The notes: generated from the sequence alone by a model not told the origin. Counted from the stretch's first letter, positions 53,022 to 62,218 are shown. The stretch: 64,000 nucleotides of DNA from Actinomycetes bacterium (GCA_014190095.1 BJFW01000002.1:2800-66799), one strand, 5' to 3'. Program-made: numbers and translations.

Positions 53022-54424
53022 GAAAGTTTCAATTCGTCTCGTACCAATCCGTCAAGCAAGTTATTCACCGACACCATGATTTCAGGAATTCGCAACTTGC
53101 GCATAACTCCAACCAACACACAGCATCCGCCCACAATGACATCTGCGCGGTCGGCTGGTAGGCCAGGGTTGAACTTGCGGTCGGCCAGCGTTTCAGTGGC
53201 AAGTGTTCGAAACACTTCCTCAACGTTTTCACGTGTCATTCGTGCGCCGTGCAGTGCGGCTGCATCAAATTCTTGCAGCCCAATTTCCACCGCAGCAATA
53301 GTGACGATGCTGCCGGCAACGCCAACGACGCGTGTGGCGTTCAACACTTCAGGGTGATCGCGAATGAGGTCGTCCATGAAGTCGGTGACGAAACCAATTG
53401 CATTCGTCAGTTCTTCTGGGCGAGGCGGGTCGTGGTGCAAGTGGCTTTCAGTGAGAACAACGGTGCCAACAGGAAAGCTGACCGCATGGTGCAAGGTCTT
53501 TTCGCCGATCATGATTTCGGTGCTGCCACCACCAATATCGACAACCAGTGTGATGCCCTTGTGTGCGGGTAGGTGAGAGAGAGCACCCGAGTATGCGAGT
53601 CGACCTTCTTCGGTACCTGCAATGATGAGCGGACGAGTTCCGAGTACTGCTTCAGCTTGATCCAGGAACACTGTTGCATTTGTTGCGCGACGACAAGCTT
53701 CGGTGGCAGTTACGCGAATTGCCCCCACTTCGTATTGCTTGATGAGCGTTGCATAGTGCTGCAGTCGCGCAATGGTTCGCGCAATCGCGTCGTCGTTCAG
53801 CAAGTTATTTTGTACAACGCCACGGCCGAGTCCAGTTACGTGCACTTCACGCACGATGTCGTTGCCTTGTGCGTCGGCAATGAGCAAGTTGGTGGAGTTG
53901 GTGCCAATGTCGATTGCGGCAACAGGTTGTGTGGCGGCTCGAATGTAAGAACTGCGACTGATGCTCAGTTTTTCGGCAACCCAATCACCAACGGGATCGT
54001 CTCCACCTGCAAGCCACCAACCAAAATGTGCGTGCAAACACTTCACGCCAACGCGAGTGCCGGCTACTCCGCCAAACGGACGTGGTCCAGTGTGGTCTGC
54101 AGGAATCAGTGCATCGCGTTCGGCGGCATAACGATCGTGCGCCGCCGCAATGAGCGCTGCATCAAGTTCGGCTTCAACCTGATTGACGGCACCCGTTGCT
54201 TCAAGGCGACCAATCAGTACGTTCTCGCGCGCACCACACAACCAATACAGCGTTGGCATTGGTGTTCCATCAGGCAGCAACGGCTGATTGCGCAACACAA
54301 CCGGGTCGCCGTCTAATGCGCGAACGACAACTTCACACTTGCCTTGCGGAACTCGACCGAGTAACTCGGTAATTCGCGCGATGTCTTCTGCGCTTGGTGC
54401 GTTAGAAGAGTTTGACAAGTACAA
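53018..54424 (-). CDS. fusion protein: N-terminal DUF501 domain plus C-terminal Ppx/GppA phosphatase
   Basis: 468 aa. DUF501 signatures (LPDGTPMPTLYWLCG, GRLEATG, VKCLHAHF), then the Ppx/GppA ATPase-fold start VAAIDIGTNSTNLLI and DIGGGSTE. The start is a TTG at 54424 and is uncertain. Confidence 0.85.
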   Translation of the reverse strand: MYLSNSSNAPSAEDIARITELLGRVPQGKCEVVVRALDGDPVVLRNQPLLPDGTPMPTLYWLCGARENVLIGRLEATGAVNQVEAELDAALIAAAHDRYAAERDALIPADHTGPRPFGGVAGTRVGVKCLHAHFGWWLAGGDDPVGDWVAEKLSISRSSYIRAATQPVAAIDIGTNSTNLLIADAQGNDIVREVHVTGLGRGVVQNNLLNDDAIARTIARLQHYATLIKQYEVGAIRVTATEACRRATNATVFLDQAEAVLGTRPLIIAGTEEGRLAYSGALSHLPAHKGITLVVDIGGGSTEIMIGEKTLHHAVSFPVGTVVLTESHLHHDPPRPEELTNAIGFVTDFMDDLIRDHPEVLNATRVVGVAGSIVTIAAVEIGLQEFDAAALHGARMTRENVEEVFRTLATETLADRKFNPGLPADRADVIVGGCCVLVGVMRKLRIPEIMVSVNNLLDGLVRDELKLS

Positions 54425-55043
54425 CTACCAGCACGGCAATACCGATTAGGGCAGGAATTGCGCGCTTTGCAATGGTGGAACCTGCGGTGTCCAGCAAATC
54501 GAGAGGTGCAACCTCGGGGCCATCAATCTTGCGAATGGATGGTTGCTCGGGTGGTGTAGGTGAGGTTTCGGTGGCGACGGGTGCAATTGGTGCAGGTGCT
54601 GTTGAAATGAGCTGGTTCAAGTTTTCTGAAAACTGTGCGAGCAATTTGTCGCTCACATCGGCAAGTGCACCACGACCAAACTGCGCAACTTTTCCTGAAA
54701 TAGAAAGATCGGTGTGCACGGTGCACTTCGTTGAAGTTGGTGTAACGGAAGTGAGCTCAGCGGTAATCATTGCTGAGGCATTGCCTTTGCCGGTGGTGTC
54801 GCGTCCTTCGCCTTTAAGGGTTGCCTTATGCGCCACATCATCACGCGACACAAAACTTGCTTGTCCTTTGAACTGAGCAAGAATCGGACCAACTTTGATC
54901 TTCACTTGTCCGCGGTAGGTGTCACCTTCAACTTCGGTGAGTTGTGCGCCAGGAAGGCACGGTGCAATGCGCTCTAAGTCGGTGAGGATCGCCCATGCTT
55001 CAGCAACGGGAACATTGACAGTGAACTCGTGATTGAGATCCAT
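54402..55043 (-). CDS. CoxG-family SRPBCC protein with C-terminal membrane anchor
   Basis: 213 aa. CoxG-like N-terminus (FTVNVPVAEAWAILTDLERIAPCLPGA) and a terminal TM helix IPALIGIAVLVVVLV. Confidence 0.8.
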   Translation of the reverse strand: MDLNHEFTVNVPVAEAWAILTDLERIAPCLPGAQLTEVEGDTYRGQVKIKVGPILAQFKGQASFVSRDDVAHKATLKGEGRDTTGKGNASAMITAELTSVTPTSTKCTVHTDLSISGKVAQFGRGALADVSDKLLAQFSENLNQLISTAPAPIAPVATETSPTPPEQPSIRKIDGPEVAPLDLLDTAGSTIAKRAIPALIGIAVLVVVLVKLF

Positions 55044-55045
55044 CG

Positions 55046-55657
55046 CTATTTGCCTCGACTTTCGTGAATAATTTTCGCTACACGCTCGATGTCTTCAACA
55101 TGGTCGACATCGATTCCCGAGCCAATACAGGGTACTTCAGCAACGAGTTCGGGGTGACTGCGGAGCAATGATCGCGCACCTTCGTCTCCTGATTGTGGAA
55201 TGAGTGCAAAAAATTCAGCATGCAATTTCACGGGGTTTGCGCGCACGCCTTGATACGTAGCGACGGCAAGCGGAGAAGAGGAGTTGGCTACGGCTGCCCA
55301 AGCCGACGGGGGAATGCATGGCTGATCGCCAAGACCGATGACAACCGATTGCAGTCCGCGTTCGCTGGCCCATTGCAATGCGCATTGCACAGAACTGGCC
55401 ATGCCAGTTGCCCAAGCCTCGTTACGCAGGTAGGTGACCGCTTCAGAGCCTTCATAACGAGGCAATTCAACTGAACCCCAGACGACTGCGACCGGGCCGA
55501 TGTTGGCCGCCAGAGCGCTCTGGAGAGCCCATTCAAAGACTGTTTTTCCTGCAACCGAAGTGAGCAACTTGTGGTGCGAACCACCGAACCGCGAACCCCC
55601 TCCAGCCGCCAAAAGAACGACACCGACTGACGGGTTTTTACTGTTTGGGGTGGTCAC
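55046..55657 (-). CDS. MobA/MocA-like nucleotidyltransferase (molybdenum cofactor cytidylyl/guanylyltransferase family)
   Basis: 203 aa. Has VVLLAAGGGSRFGG and GLGDQP motifs. Confidence 0.75.
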   Translation of the reverse strand: MTTPNSKNPSVGVVLLAAGGGSRFGGSHHKLLTSVAGKTVFEWALQSALAANIGPVAVVWGSVELPRYEGSEAVTYLRNEAWATGMASSVQCALQWASERGLQSVVIGLGDQPCIPPSAWAAVANSSSPLAVATYQGVRANPVKLHAEFFALIPQSGDEGARSLLRSHPELVAEVPCIGSGIDVDHVEDIERVAKIIHESRGK

Positions 55658-55809
55658 AACCCCATATTTACAGGCTTTGGCGGGTCTTGCCCTCTCGAAA
55701 CCGTGTATGACCCAAACATTACAGTTTCATGACATAAACTGTTACACAGTTGACATAAATGGAATAAATGGAAAAACGCGAGTTCTCTCGCAAGCACTGC
55801 CCCCAAATT

Positions 55810-55836
55810 CGAGCCAACCGCCCCCCGGTTGGTTCG
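55810..55836 (+). promoter_or_regulatory. stable 11-bp hairpin with a CCCCC loop in the NlpC/P60 5' leader, 6 nt upstream of the SD
   Basis: CGAGCCAACCG (55810-55820) pairs with CGGTTGGTTCG (55826-55836), with one G-U pair. There is no T-tract. The SD AAGGAG is at 55843-55848 and the ATG at 55854. Confidence 0.4.
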
Positions 55837-55853
55837 CCTACCAAGGAGCCACC

Positions 55854-56489
55854 ATGTCACGCACCGCCAAACTCATCGCTGGTCTGCTCGTATCCCTCAG
55901 CCTGTGGGGAGTCAGTTCACCTGGCGTACAGGCAATTCCGATGGGTCCTGTCCAAGAAGCAATTATTCGCAAAGGTGCTGTTCAGGCGCAGCAGGCAGTG
56001 GATGCCTTTGCCGACAAGCGCGACCGTGACGCGTACGACCTCTTTCTAGACCTTTCCGACAAGCTTGCCGTTGATGTTGCCAACTTCCTAGGAGTTGATG
56101 TGAAGGAGTTACGTCGCGCATGGCGAACTGCAGACGTTGCGCATCAACGTGCGCTGATGGCCGGCCTCACTCAAATTGGAGTTCCGTATAAAGAAAATGC
56201 AGCCACGGAATCAGGCGCCTTTGACTGTTCAGGCTTTGTGCAATTTGCATGGTCGCGTGCAGGCTTCGTGTTGCCGCGTGGTTCAAATTTTCAGTATGCC
56301 CATTCACGCCGCGTCACGTATAAAAACGCTCAGGCTGGTGACATTATGTGGCGTCCGGGGCACGTGTCGATGTATCTCGGAGTTGGCGGTGCAATGCTTC
56401 AAGCAGGCCGAACAGGTCGCAGCGTTGAATTGCACATCATGGATTCGCGAATCCTTGGTTGGACTCGTTTCGCAGATCCAACTGCGTAA
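55854..56489 (+). CDS. secreted NlpC/P60 cell-wall peptidase
   Basis: 211 aa counted from the SD-preceded ATG at 55854. Signal peptide (LIAGLLVSLSLWGVSSPGVQA). Catalytic Cys in FDCSGFVQFAW and His in PGHVSMYLG. Confidence 0.88.
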   Translation: MSRTAKLIAGLLVSLSLWGVSSPGVQAIPMGPVQEAIIRKGAVQAQQAVDAFADKRDRDAYDLFLDLSDKLAVDVANFLGVDVKELRRAWRTADVAHQRALMAGLTQIGVPYKENAATESGAFDCSGFVQFAWSRAGFVLPRGSNFQYAHSRRVTYKNAQAGDIMWRPGHVSMYLGVGGAMLQAGRTGRSVELHIMDSRILGWTRFADPTA

Positions 56490-56492
56490 CCG

Positions 56493-57299
56493 TTATTTGT
56501 GAATCGGTCCGTCTCCATCACGAAGTGATGGTGCGCCACGACCAGTGCGTCGCGCGATGATTTCTCCGCAAATAGAAATTGCAGTTTCTTCTGGCGTGCG
56601 TGCTCCGATGTCGAGTCCAATTGGCGACATCAGTCGCCGCAATTGTTCTTCGGTGACACCGGCTTCAACCAAGCGCTCGATGCGCTTTGCATGAGTCTTC
56701 CGGCTACCCATTACACCGATGTAGCCAACGTTGGTTGCCAATGCACCAACAACTGCAGGAACATCAAACTTGGGGTCATGCGTCAAAATGCATACTGCGT
56801 CACGTTGCGTAAGTTGTGCTCCACGTTCTACAAATAACGGAGCAGGCCACGTCACCAGTACCTCGTCGGCCATCGGGAAGCGGCGCTTGGTTGCGAACAC
56901 TTCGCGAGCATCGCATACCAGCACGTGATAACCCAATACTTTGGCAACGCGGGCAAGAGCTGAAGTGAAATCCACTGCGCCGAAAATCACCATGGTTGGT
57001 GGTGGCGAAAACGCATCAATGAACACGCGAACGGTTGGAGTGTTGACTAGATCTTCTGGAGTGGTCTGACCTTGTGGTCCGTAGTGACGAACGCTGGTTC
57101 TGCCGGCTTCAAGTTCGCCTTGCGTATCGCGCGCAACAACACGGTCAAGTTCGGCATTGCCAAGAGTTCCTTGCGCTGCATTGTCAGGCGTGACGAGCAA
57201 CATTGCGCCAATGTTTGGTCCATCAATGACTGTTGCAAGCGCCACTGGTTTGTTTGCGCGAGTGCGCTCTGAAAACAGTTGATACAACGACATCGTCAA
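56493..57299 (-). CDS. XdhC/CoxI-family molybdoenzyme maturation protein (degenerate N domain plus Rossmann domain)
   Basis: 268 aa. N domain is VALATVIDGPNIGAMLL. The Rossmann-like MVIFGAVDFTSALARVAKVLGYHVLVCD follows. Confidence 0.8.
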   Translation of the reverse strand: MTMSLYQLFSERTRANKPVALATVIDGPNIGAMLLVTPDNAAQGTLGNAELDRVVARDTQGELEAGRTSVRHYGPQGQTTPEDLVNTPTVRVFIDAFSPPPTMVIFGAVDFTSALARVAKVLGYHVLVCDAREVFATKRRFPMADEVLVTWPAPLFVERGAQLTQRDAVCILTHDPKFDVPAVVGALATNVGYIGVMGSRKTHAKRIERLVEAGVTEEQLRRLMSPIGLDIGARTPEETAISICGEIIARRTGRGAPSLRDGDGPIHK

Positions 57300-57629
57300 T
57301 TACCAGGTCAGCGGCTGAATGAACAGGTGAATAATTCCGCCGCAGGTAAGCCCAACCGCAAATGCTTCATCATCTGAATAACCGAACTTCACCAATTTGG
57401 GTTGCTTGTCGCCATTCAATATTGCAAGTGCCTCGGCAACAACTGCGCCTTCAACACAACCACCACTGACCGAACCGATGACTTCGCCGTCTTCGTTCAC
57501 GGCCATTGCGGCACCAGGGTCGCGCGGGCCCGAACCTTCAATGTCAATGACACGCGCAAGAGCAATTTGTTTGCCCGCCGCTTTCCAGCGGTCAATGTCG
57601 TTCAGCAGTTCGCGCATAGTTCCAGTCAA
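57300..57629 (-). CDS. XdhC/CoxI N-terminal-domain protein
   Basis: 109 aa. Has ALARVIDIEGSGPRDPGAAMAV, GSVSGGCVEGAV and GLTCGG. Its stop is immediately followed by the start of the next xdhC gene. Confidence 0.75.
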   Translation of the reverse strand: MTGTMRELLNDIDRWKAAGKQIALARVIDIEGSGPRDPGAAMAVNEDGEVIGSVSGGCVEGAVVAEALAILNGDKQPKLVKFGYSDDEAFAVGLTCGGIIHLFIQPLTW

Positions 57630-58747
57630 TCGGCAGAAATGACTCGAGTGAGGCGTTCCATGGCTTCAAGCGAGTGACCTTCAACAAATTCGTCAATGTA
57701 CGGCAGTGCGGCAGCCATGCCCTTTGCGAGTGGTGCGTATCCAGGGGTGACTTTTAATGGGTTTACCCAGATGAGTCGGTGCGATACACGTTGCAGGCGT
57801 TTCATCTGTTCGCCCAATAATTCTGGGTTGCCTCTGTCCCAACCGTCAGACAGAACAATCACAATTGCGCCACGAGCCATTCCGCGCACTCCCCAGGTGT
57901 CGTTGAACTTGCGCAGGCTTTCCCCAAGTCGTGTACCGCCACTCCAGTCGGGAACTTGTTCTGCAGCGCGTTTGATTGCCTTGTCTGGGTCGCGGCTGCG
58001 AAGTTCTTTAGTCAGCCGCGTGAGGCGCGTGCTGAACGCAAAGGCTTCCACTCGTTGTCTGCCGGCAACTGCTGCATGCATAAATCGAAGCAGTGCACGT
58101 GCGTATGGTTCCATGCTTCCTGAAATGTCGAGTAACACCACAATGCGGCGAAGTCGATCACTTGGTTCTTTCCAGTGCAAACGCATTGGCTCGCCACCGT
58201 GACTAATGGATGCGCGAACGGTGCGACGTAAATCGTGCTGTGAACCGTTTCGTTTTGCACTCGTCAAACGAAGCGAGCGTCGTGGTGGGCCAGCAAAACG
58301 GAGTGCCTGCATGAGGCGCTGGGCTTCTGCAAGTTCTGAATCGTCGTATTGGGCGAAATCTTTTTTGCGCAGTGCTTCGGAAGCAGAAAAGCGCAAATGA
58401 ATTGCTGGGTTTGAGTCATATTCACCAGCATGCGGATCAGTTTCAGTCTCATCATCGATGAGGAGTGAAATCTTTTGTGGTGACAAGTCTTCGGCTACTT
58501 CGCCACTAGTACGGTGTTCCCAAAACACGGCAAATGCTCGATCAAACAACTGATGATCTTCTGGTCTGCGCACTAACGTGCTGCGACCCGCCCAGAACAC
58601 ATCACTACGTGACTCAAGCGACACTACGTCTAGGGCATAGACAAACGTCAGCACTGAGTCAAGTGGAACCTGTAGACCGACGCCGCGTAAAACTCGCGCG
58701 AATGACACTGCCATTTCTTCTGGAGAAGAGGAAATTGCGGTGGACAT
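57626..58747 (-). CDS. VWA-domain protein, CoxE-like
   Basis: 373 aa. MIDAS motif in VVLLDISGSME. A 4-nt overlap with the downstream gene. Follows the MoxR ATPase. Confidence 0.8.
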   Translation of the reverse strand: MSTAISSSPEEMAVSFARVLRGVGLQVPLDSVLTFVYALDVVSLESRSDVFWAGRSTLVRRPEDHQLFDRAFAVFWEHRTSGEVAEDLSPQKISLLIDDETETDPHAGEYDSNPAIHLRFSASEALRKKDFAQYDDSELAEAQRLMQALRFAGPPRRSLRLTSAKRNGSQHDLRRTVRASISHGGEPMRLHWKEPSDRLRRIVVLLDISGSMEPYARALLRFMHAAVAGRQRVEAFAFSTRLTRLTKELRSRDPDKAIKRAAEQVPDWSGGTRLGESLRKFNDTWGVRGMARGAIVIVLSDGWDRGNPELLGEQMKRLQRVSHRLIWVNPLKVTPGYAPLAKGMAAALPYIDEFVEGHSLEAMERLTRVISAD

Positions 58748-58750
58748 GAA

Positions 58751-59674
58751 TTATCCGTGCATCAGACCGCGATCAAACGCTTGGGCAACGATTTGAGCGA
58801 TGCCTTGCTCGCGCACGCGGTCGTGATCTTCGCGGTATTTCAACACGGTTCCAAGTGTTGCCGAAACAACCGATTCGTTGAGTTCGCGAGCACCAAGTTG
58901 GGCGAGTGCGGTTGCCCAGTCAATGGTTTCTGCGACACCAGGTGGCTTGTACAAATTGAGTGAGCGCATATGTTCCACAGCTGCTGCAACTTGTTTGGCA
59001 AGTGATTCGGCAATTTGTGGAACGCGTAGGCGCACGATTGAAACTTCACGATCAAAACTTGGATGATCAACCCAGTGGTACAAACATCGACGCTTCAACG
59101 CGTCGTGTACATCACGCGTGCGGTTTGACGTAAGAATCACAATTGGTGGAGTTGTGGCTTTGAACGTTCCTAGTTCAGGAACAGTCACTTGGAAGTCGGA
59201 AAGTATTTCCAGCAAATATGCTTCAAACTCATCGTCGGCACGATCAATTTCGTCAATCAACAACACGGCCGGAGTGTCACGCTGATCAATTGCGCGCAGT
59301 AATGCGCGTTTAATAAGAAAGCGCTCGTTGTACAACTCGCTCTCTAGTTCGTTTGCCTTCTTGGTCGTTGCTTCTCCGCTGGCTTCCGCAGCACGCAAGT
59401 GCAGCAACTGGCGTGAGTAATCCCAGTCATAAACTGCTTGGGCAGCATCAATTCCTTCGTAGCACTGCAAGCGAATGAGCTCGCCACCAGTCATTGCTGC
59501 AATCACTTTTGCAAGTTCGGTTTTGCCTACGCCGGCCTCTCCTTCAAGGAGTAACGGACGCTTCAGTGTGAGTGCCAAGTACACGGCGGTGGTGAGGCCT
59601 TCTTCAGCCAGGTAGTTCTGTTCGGCGAGTGCCGCTCGAACTTGTTCTACTGAGGTGAATCCTGCTTGCGCCAT
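58751..59674 (-). CDS. MoxR-family AAA+ ATPase, CoxD-like
   Basis: 307 aa. Walker A GEAGVGKT and Walker B LLIDEIDRA. Confidence 0.9.
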   Translation of the reverse strand: MAQAGFTSVEQVRAALAEQNYLAEEGLTTAVYLALTLKRPLLLEGEAGVGKTELAKVIAAMTGGELIRLQCYEGIDAAQAVYDWDYSRQLLHLRAAEASGEATTKKANELESELYNERFLIKRALLRAIDQRDTPAVLLIDEIDRADDEFEAYLLEILSDFQVTVPELGTFKATTPPIVILTSNRTRDVHDALKRRCLYHWVDHPSFDREVSIVRLRVPQIAESLAKQVAAAVEHMRSLNLYKPPGVAETIDWATALAQLGARELNESVVSATLGTVLKYREDHDRVREQGIAQIVAQAFDRGLMHG

Positions 59675-59698
59675 GCGTTCAGGCTAGGGGCAAAGGGA

Positions 59699-61120
59699 TT
59701 ATGAATCGAAACCAAGGCCCAAGCGATCGAGACTTCGGAGCCAGAGGTTTCGTTTTCCCGTCTTGTCTTCACGATTCAGTGCCCAACGCGTGGTCTGAAT
59801 GCCAATGAATCGGAATGGTTCGGGAGGAAATGGCAAGGGTTTGCTGCGCACAAACTGTGTTTGCGTTGCAGGAGTTTTACGGCCATCAAGCATGTCGAGC
59901 ATGACCTCGGCGCCGAACCGAGAGCTAGCAACGCCCAAGCCGGTGTATCCAATTGCATAGGCAACACGGTCACGCATGGCTTGTCCCCAGAACACGCTGT
60001 AACGGCTGCAGGTGTCGATTGCACCGCCCCAAACATGCGAGAAGCGAACGCCTTCAAGTTGAGGAAATGTTTCAAAGAAGTGTTGTGAAAGTTTTGCCCA
60101 CGTTTCTGGGCGTGATTCAAGTTCAGCGTTCACTTTGCCGCCGAAGAAATACACCGCGTCGTACCCACCCCACAAAATTCTGTTATCTGCAGTGAGTCGG
60201 TAGTAGTGGAATTGATTTGAAATGTCGGAGAGGCCTTGACGATTCTTCCAGCCGATGCTTTCTAACTGCCGAGGAGTGAGTGGCTCTGTGGTCAGGCAGT
60301 AGTCGTACACGGGTGCAATGTAGTTGTGCATGCGGCGGAGCAGTGGCTTGAAAGCATTCGTTGCCAGCGCAACACGTTTTGCATTCACCTTGGAAAGTGG
60401 TGTCTCCACAACGATTCCGCCCGGCGAGTAGTCCAGACCAACAGCTTTTGTGTCTTCATATATACGCACGCCAAGTTGTTCAGCCGCGCGCTTCAAGCCC
60501 CATGCCAGCCGAGCAGGGTCGACAAGTGCTGCTGTGTCTTTGCACCACATACCACCAGTAAAAATTGGCGATGCAACTTCCTTGCGCACAGCAACTTCAT
60601 CAAGCCACTCAACTTTGTGGCCAATCTCGCGCAACTGGTCGTAGTCGTCTTTCAGCTCGTCTAGATACGTTGCTGAATGTCGCGTGCTCGCAATTTCAAT
60701 TACGCCATTGCGTTCAAAGTCGCAGTCAATGTTGTAGCGCTTGATTGCCGCTTCAATTTCGTTGAGGTTTTCAAGTCCTAAGTCTTCAAGCAAGCCAACT
60801 TCGTCGGGGAAGCGTTGCTGTGCGTTGGCAATGCCATGCGTGAGGCTGGAGTCCATGAACCCGCCATTGCGACCACTTGCTGCAGATCCAATTTCGTGGG
60901 CCTCAATCAGCACTACATCGCGGTCAGGGTCGCGTTCCTTGGCCAATATTGCAGTCCACAGCCCGGTGTAGCCACCGCCCACAATGCACAGGTCGCACGT
61001 TTCAGCGTGCACCAACATGGGGTTCGACTCTGGTTCGTCCGCATCATCAAACCAATACGGAAATGAATCGGCGTCCGCAATCGCGTCCAGAAAACGCTCG
61101 TCTTGTTGATACCCACCCAT
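59699..61120 (-). CDS. FAD-dependent oxidoreductase (DAO family, gamma-glutamylputrescine-oxidase-like)
   Basis: Dinucleotide motif CIVGGGYTGLWTA. I chose the ATG at 61120. The ORF track extends to 61180, adding a hydrophobic 20-aa N-terminus, so the start is unresolved. Confidence 0.8.
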   Translation of the reverse strand: MGGYQQDERFLDAIADADSFPYWFDDADEPESNPMLVHAETCDLCIVGGGYTGLWTAILAKERDPDRDVVLIEAHEIGSAASGRNGGFMDSSLTHGIANAQQRFPDEVGLLEDLGLENLNEIEAAIKRYNIDCDFERNGVIEIASTRHSATYLDELKDDYDQLREIGHKVEWLDEVAVRKEVASPIFTGGMWCKDTAALVDPARLAWGLKRAAEQLGVRIYEDTKAVGLDYSPGGIVVETPLSKVNAKRVALATNAFKPLLRRMHNYIAPVYDYCLTTEPLTPRQLESIGWKNRQGLSDISNQFHYYRLTADNRILWGGYDAVYFFGGKVNAELESRPETWAKLSQHFFETFPQLEGVRFSHVWGGAIDTCSRYSVFWGQAMRDRVAYAIGYTGLGVASSRFGAEVMLDMLDGRKTPATQTQFVRSKPLPFPPEPFRFIGIQTTRWALNREDKTGKRNLWLRSLDRLGLGFDS

Positions 61121-61178
61121 GGGTTTCTCACCACCTAACAAGGTCAACAGTAGCAGTACGGCAAGTATTGTTTTCCGC

Positions 61179-61922
61179 ATGGACCTTGGTATTTCGCAAC
61201 GTAGAGCTGCAGTAGCGGCGGCCTCGGCGGGGCTGGGTTTTGCCAGTGCTCAAGCACTTGCAAACGAGGGCGTGCGCGTTGTTATTTGCAGTCGCGATGC
61301 AGATCGTGTTGCCGATGCAGCAAAAAAGATCGGTAATGGATGTGTGGGAATTGTTGGTGACGTTTCCACTACCGAAGGCGCACTTGCGTTCATTCGTGAA
61401 GCAAAAACAATTCTTGGCGACATTGACATTGTGATTGCTAATGGCGGTGGACCACCTGCAGGAAATTTTGCATCAACCGATCTTGATTTGTATCCAGCAG
61501 CAATTGAACGCAGCATGCTGGCAACAGTGGCGATGTGCAAAGAAGTGATTCCTCGCATGCAAGAGCGCGGATGGGGCCGCATCGTGGCAATTACCAGCAC
61601 AGCAGTTCGTCAGCCGTTTGCGAATCTCATTTTGTCCAGCACAGCCCGCGCGGGACTGACTGCTTTTTTGAAAACAGTTGCCACTGAAGTTGCATCAAAC
61701 GGCATCACGGTAAACACGGTGCAGCCCGGCACGCATGCCACCGATCGTATTAAGCAGTTGTATGGGTCGATGGAAGGCGCTGCAGAAGGAATACCTGCAG
61801 GCGTTGTTGGCGACCCAAAAGATTTCGGAAGCGTTGTTGCGTTTCTGTGCAGTGAGCAGGCCAAATTTGTCACCGGCACTCACTTGCAAGTTGATGGTGG
61901 CTCGTACCCGGGATTGATCTAA
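61179..61922 (+). CDS. SDR-family oxidoreductase (atypical catalytic motif)
   Basis: 247 aa counted from the ATG at 61179. Has AVAAASAGLGFA Gly-rich and NGG motifs. SSTARAG stands where YxxxK is expected. Confidence 0.8.
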   Translation: MDLGISQRRAAVAAASAGLGFASAQALANEGVRVVICSRDADRVADAAKKIGNGCVGIVGDVSTTEGALAFIREAKTILGDIDIVIANGGGPPAGNFASTDLDLYPAAIERSMLATVAMCKEVIPRMQERGWGRIVAITSTAVRQPFANLILSSTARAGLTAFLKTVATEVASNGITVNTVQPGTHATDRIKQLYGSMEGAAEGIPAGVVGDPKDFGSVVAFLCSEQAKFVTGTHLQVDGGSYPGLI

Positions 61923-62218
61923 TGCTTCAACATGTTGTTGCGCTGACGTGGAACGAATCGGTTCCAAAAAACTATGCAGAAGTGGTGAATAAGGCTCTGC
62001 TCGATATGGCAAAAACCATTCCTTCGGTGCGCAGTTACCGCTGTGGAGCCGATTTAGGAGTCAGTTCGCATGCCAATGCCGATTACCTCATCGTTGCGGA
62101 GTTTGATGATGTAGCGGGGTGGCAGGAGTACGACCAAAACGCATTACACAATGAAGTTCGAGTGAAGTACTTTGCACCTTACGTTGCGTCACGCGCTGCC
62201 GCGCAAATCACTTTCTAG
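61922..62218 (+). CDS. Dabb (stress-responsive alpha/beta-barrel) domain protein
   Basis: 98 aa. Has MLQHVVALTW...DYLIVAEFDDVAGWQEY. Its ATG overlaps the SDR stop. Confidence 0.8.
   Translation: MLQHVVALTWNESVPKNYAEVVNKALLDMAKTIPSVRSYRCGADLGVSSHANADYLIVAEFDDVAGWQEYDQNALHNEVRVKYFAPYVASRAAAQITF

Noticed and set aside
55658-55853. Calling this leader a ydaO/cyclic-di-AMP riboswitch or a 6C RNA.
   Set aside because: Only one short segment resembles the ydaO 3' consensus. I could not find the conserved ACGGGG/GGGGA elements or the pseudo-two-fold architecture. 6C RNA needs two C-rich loops and only one is present. I kept it as an unassigned structured leader pending covariance-model search.
55500-56489. 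A 329-aa ORF-track version of the NlpC/P60 gene starting at 55500.
   Set aside because: Its first 118 codons run antisense through the mocA-like gene and across the AT-rich intergenic region. A strong SD (AAGGAG) plus the ATG at 55854, followed by a signal peptide, gives a normal 211-aa secreted peptidase.
56493-57629. Two adjacent xdhC ORFs as a frameshifted (pseudogenised) single xdhC.
   Set aside because: Both ORFs are intact, and the first stop is directly followed by the next ATG. The 268-aa protein has its own (degenerate) N domain plus the Rossmann domain. The 109-aa protein carries the Cys motifs. This looks like a genuine two-gene arrangement.
57626-59674. The MoxR AAA+ / VWA gene pair as a candidate conflict or defence module.
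   Set aside because: The pair sits between xdhC genes and other Mo-hydroxylase components (coxM, coxG, mocA-like). It therefore fits the established CoxD/CoxE maturation role. No effector or sensor domains are attached.
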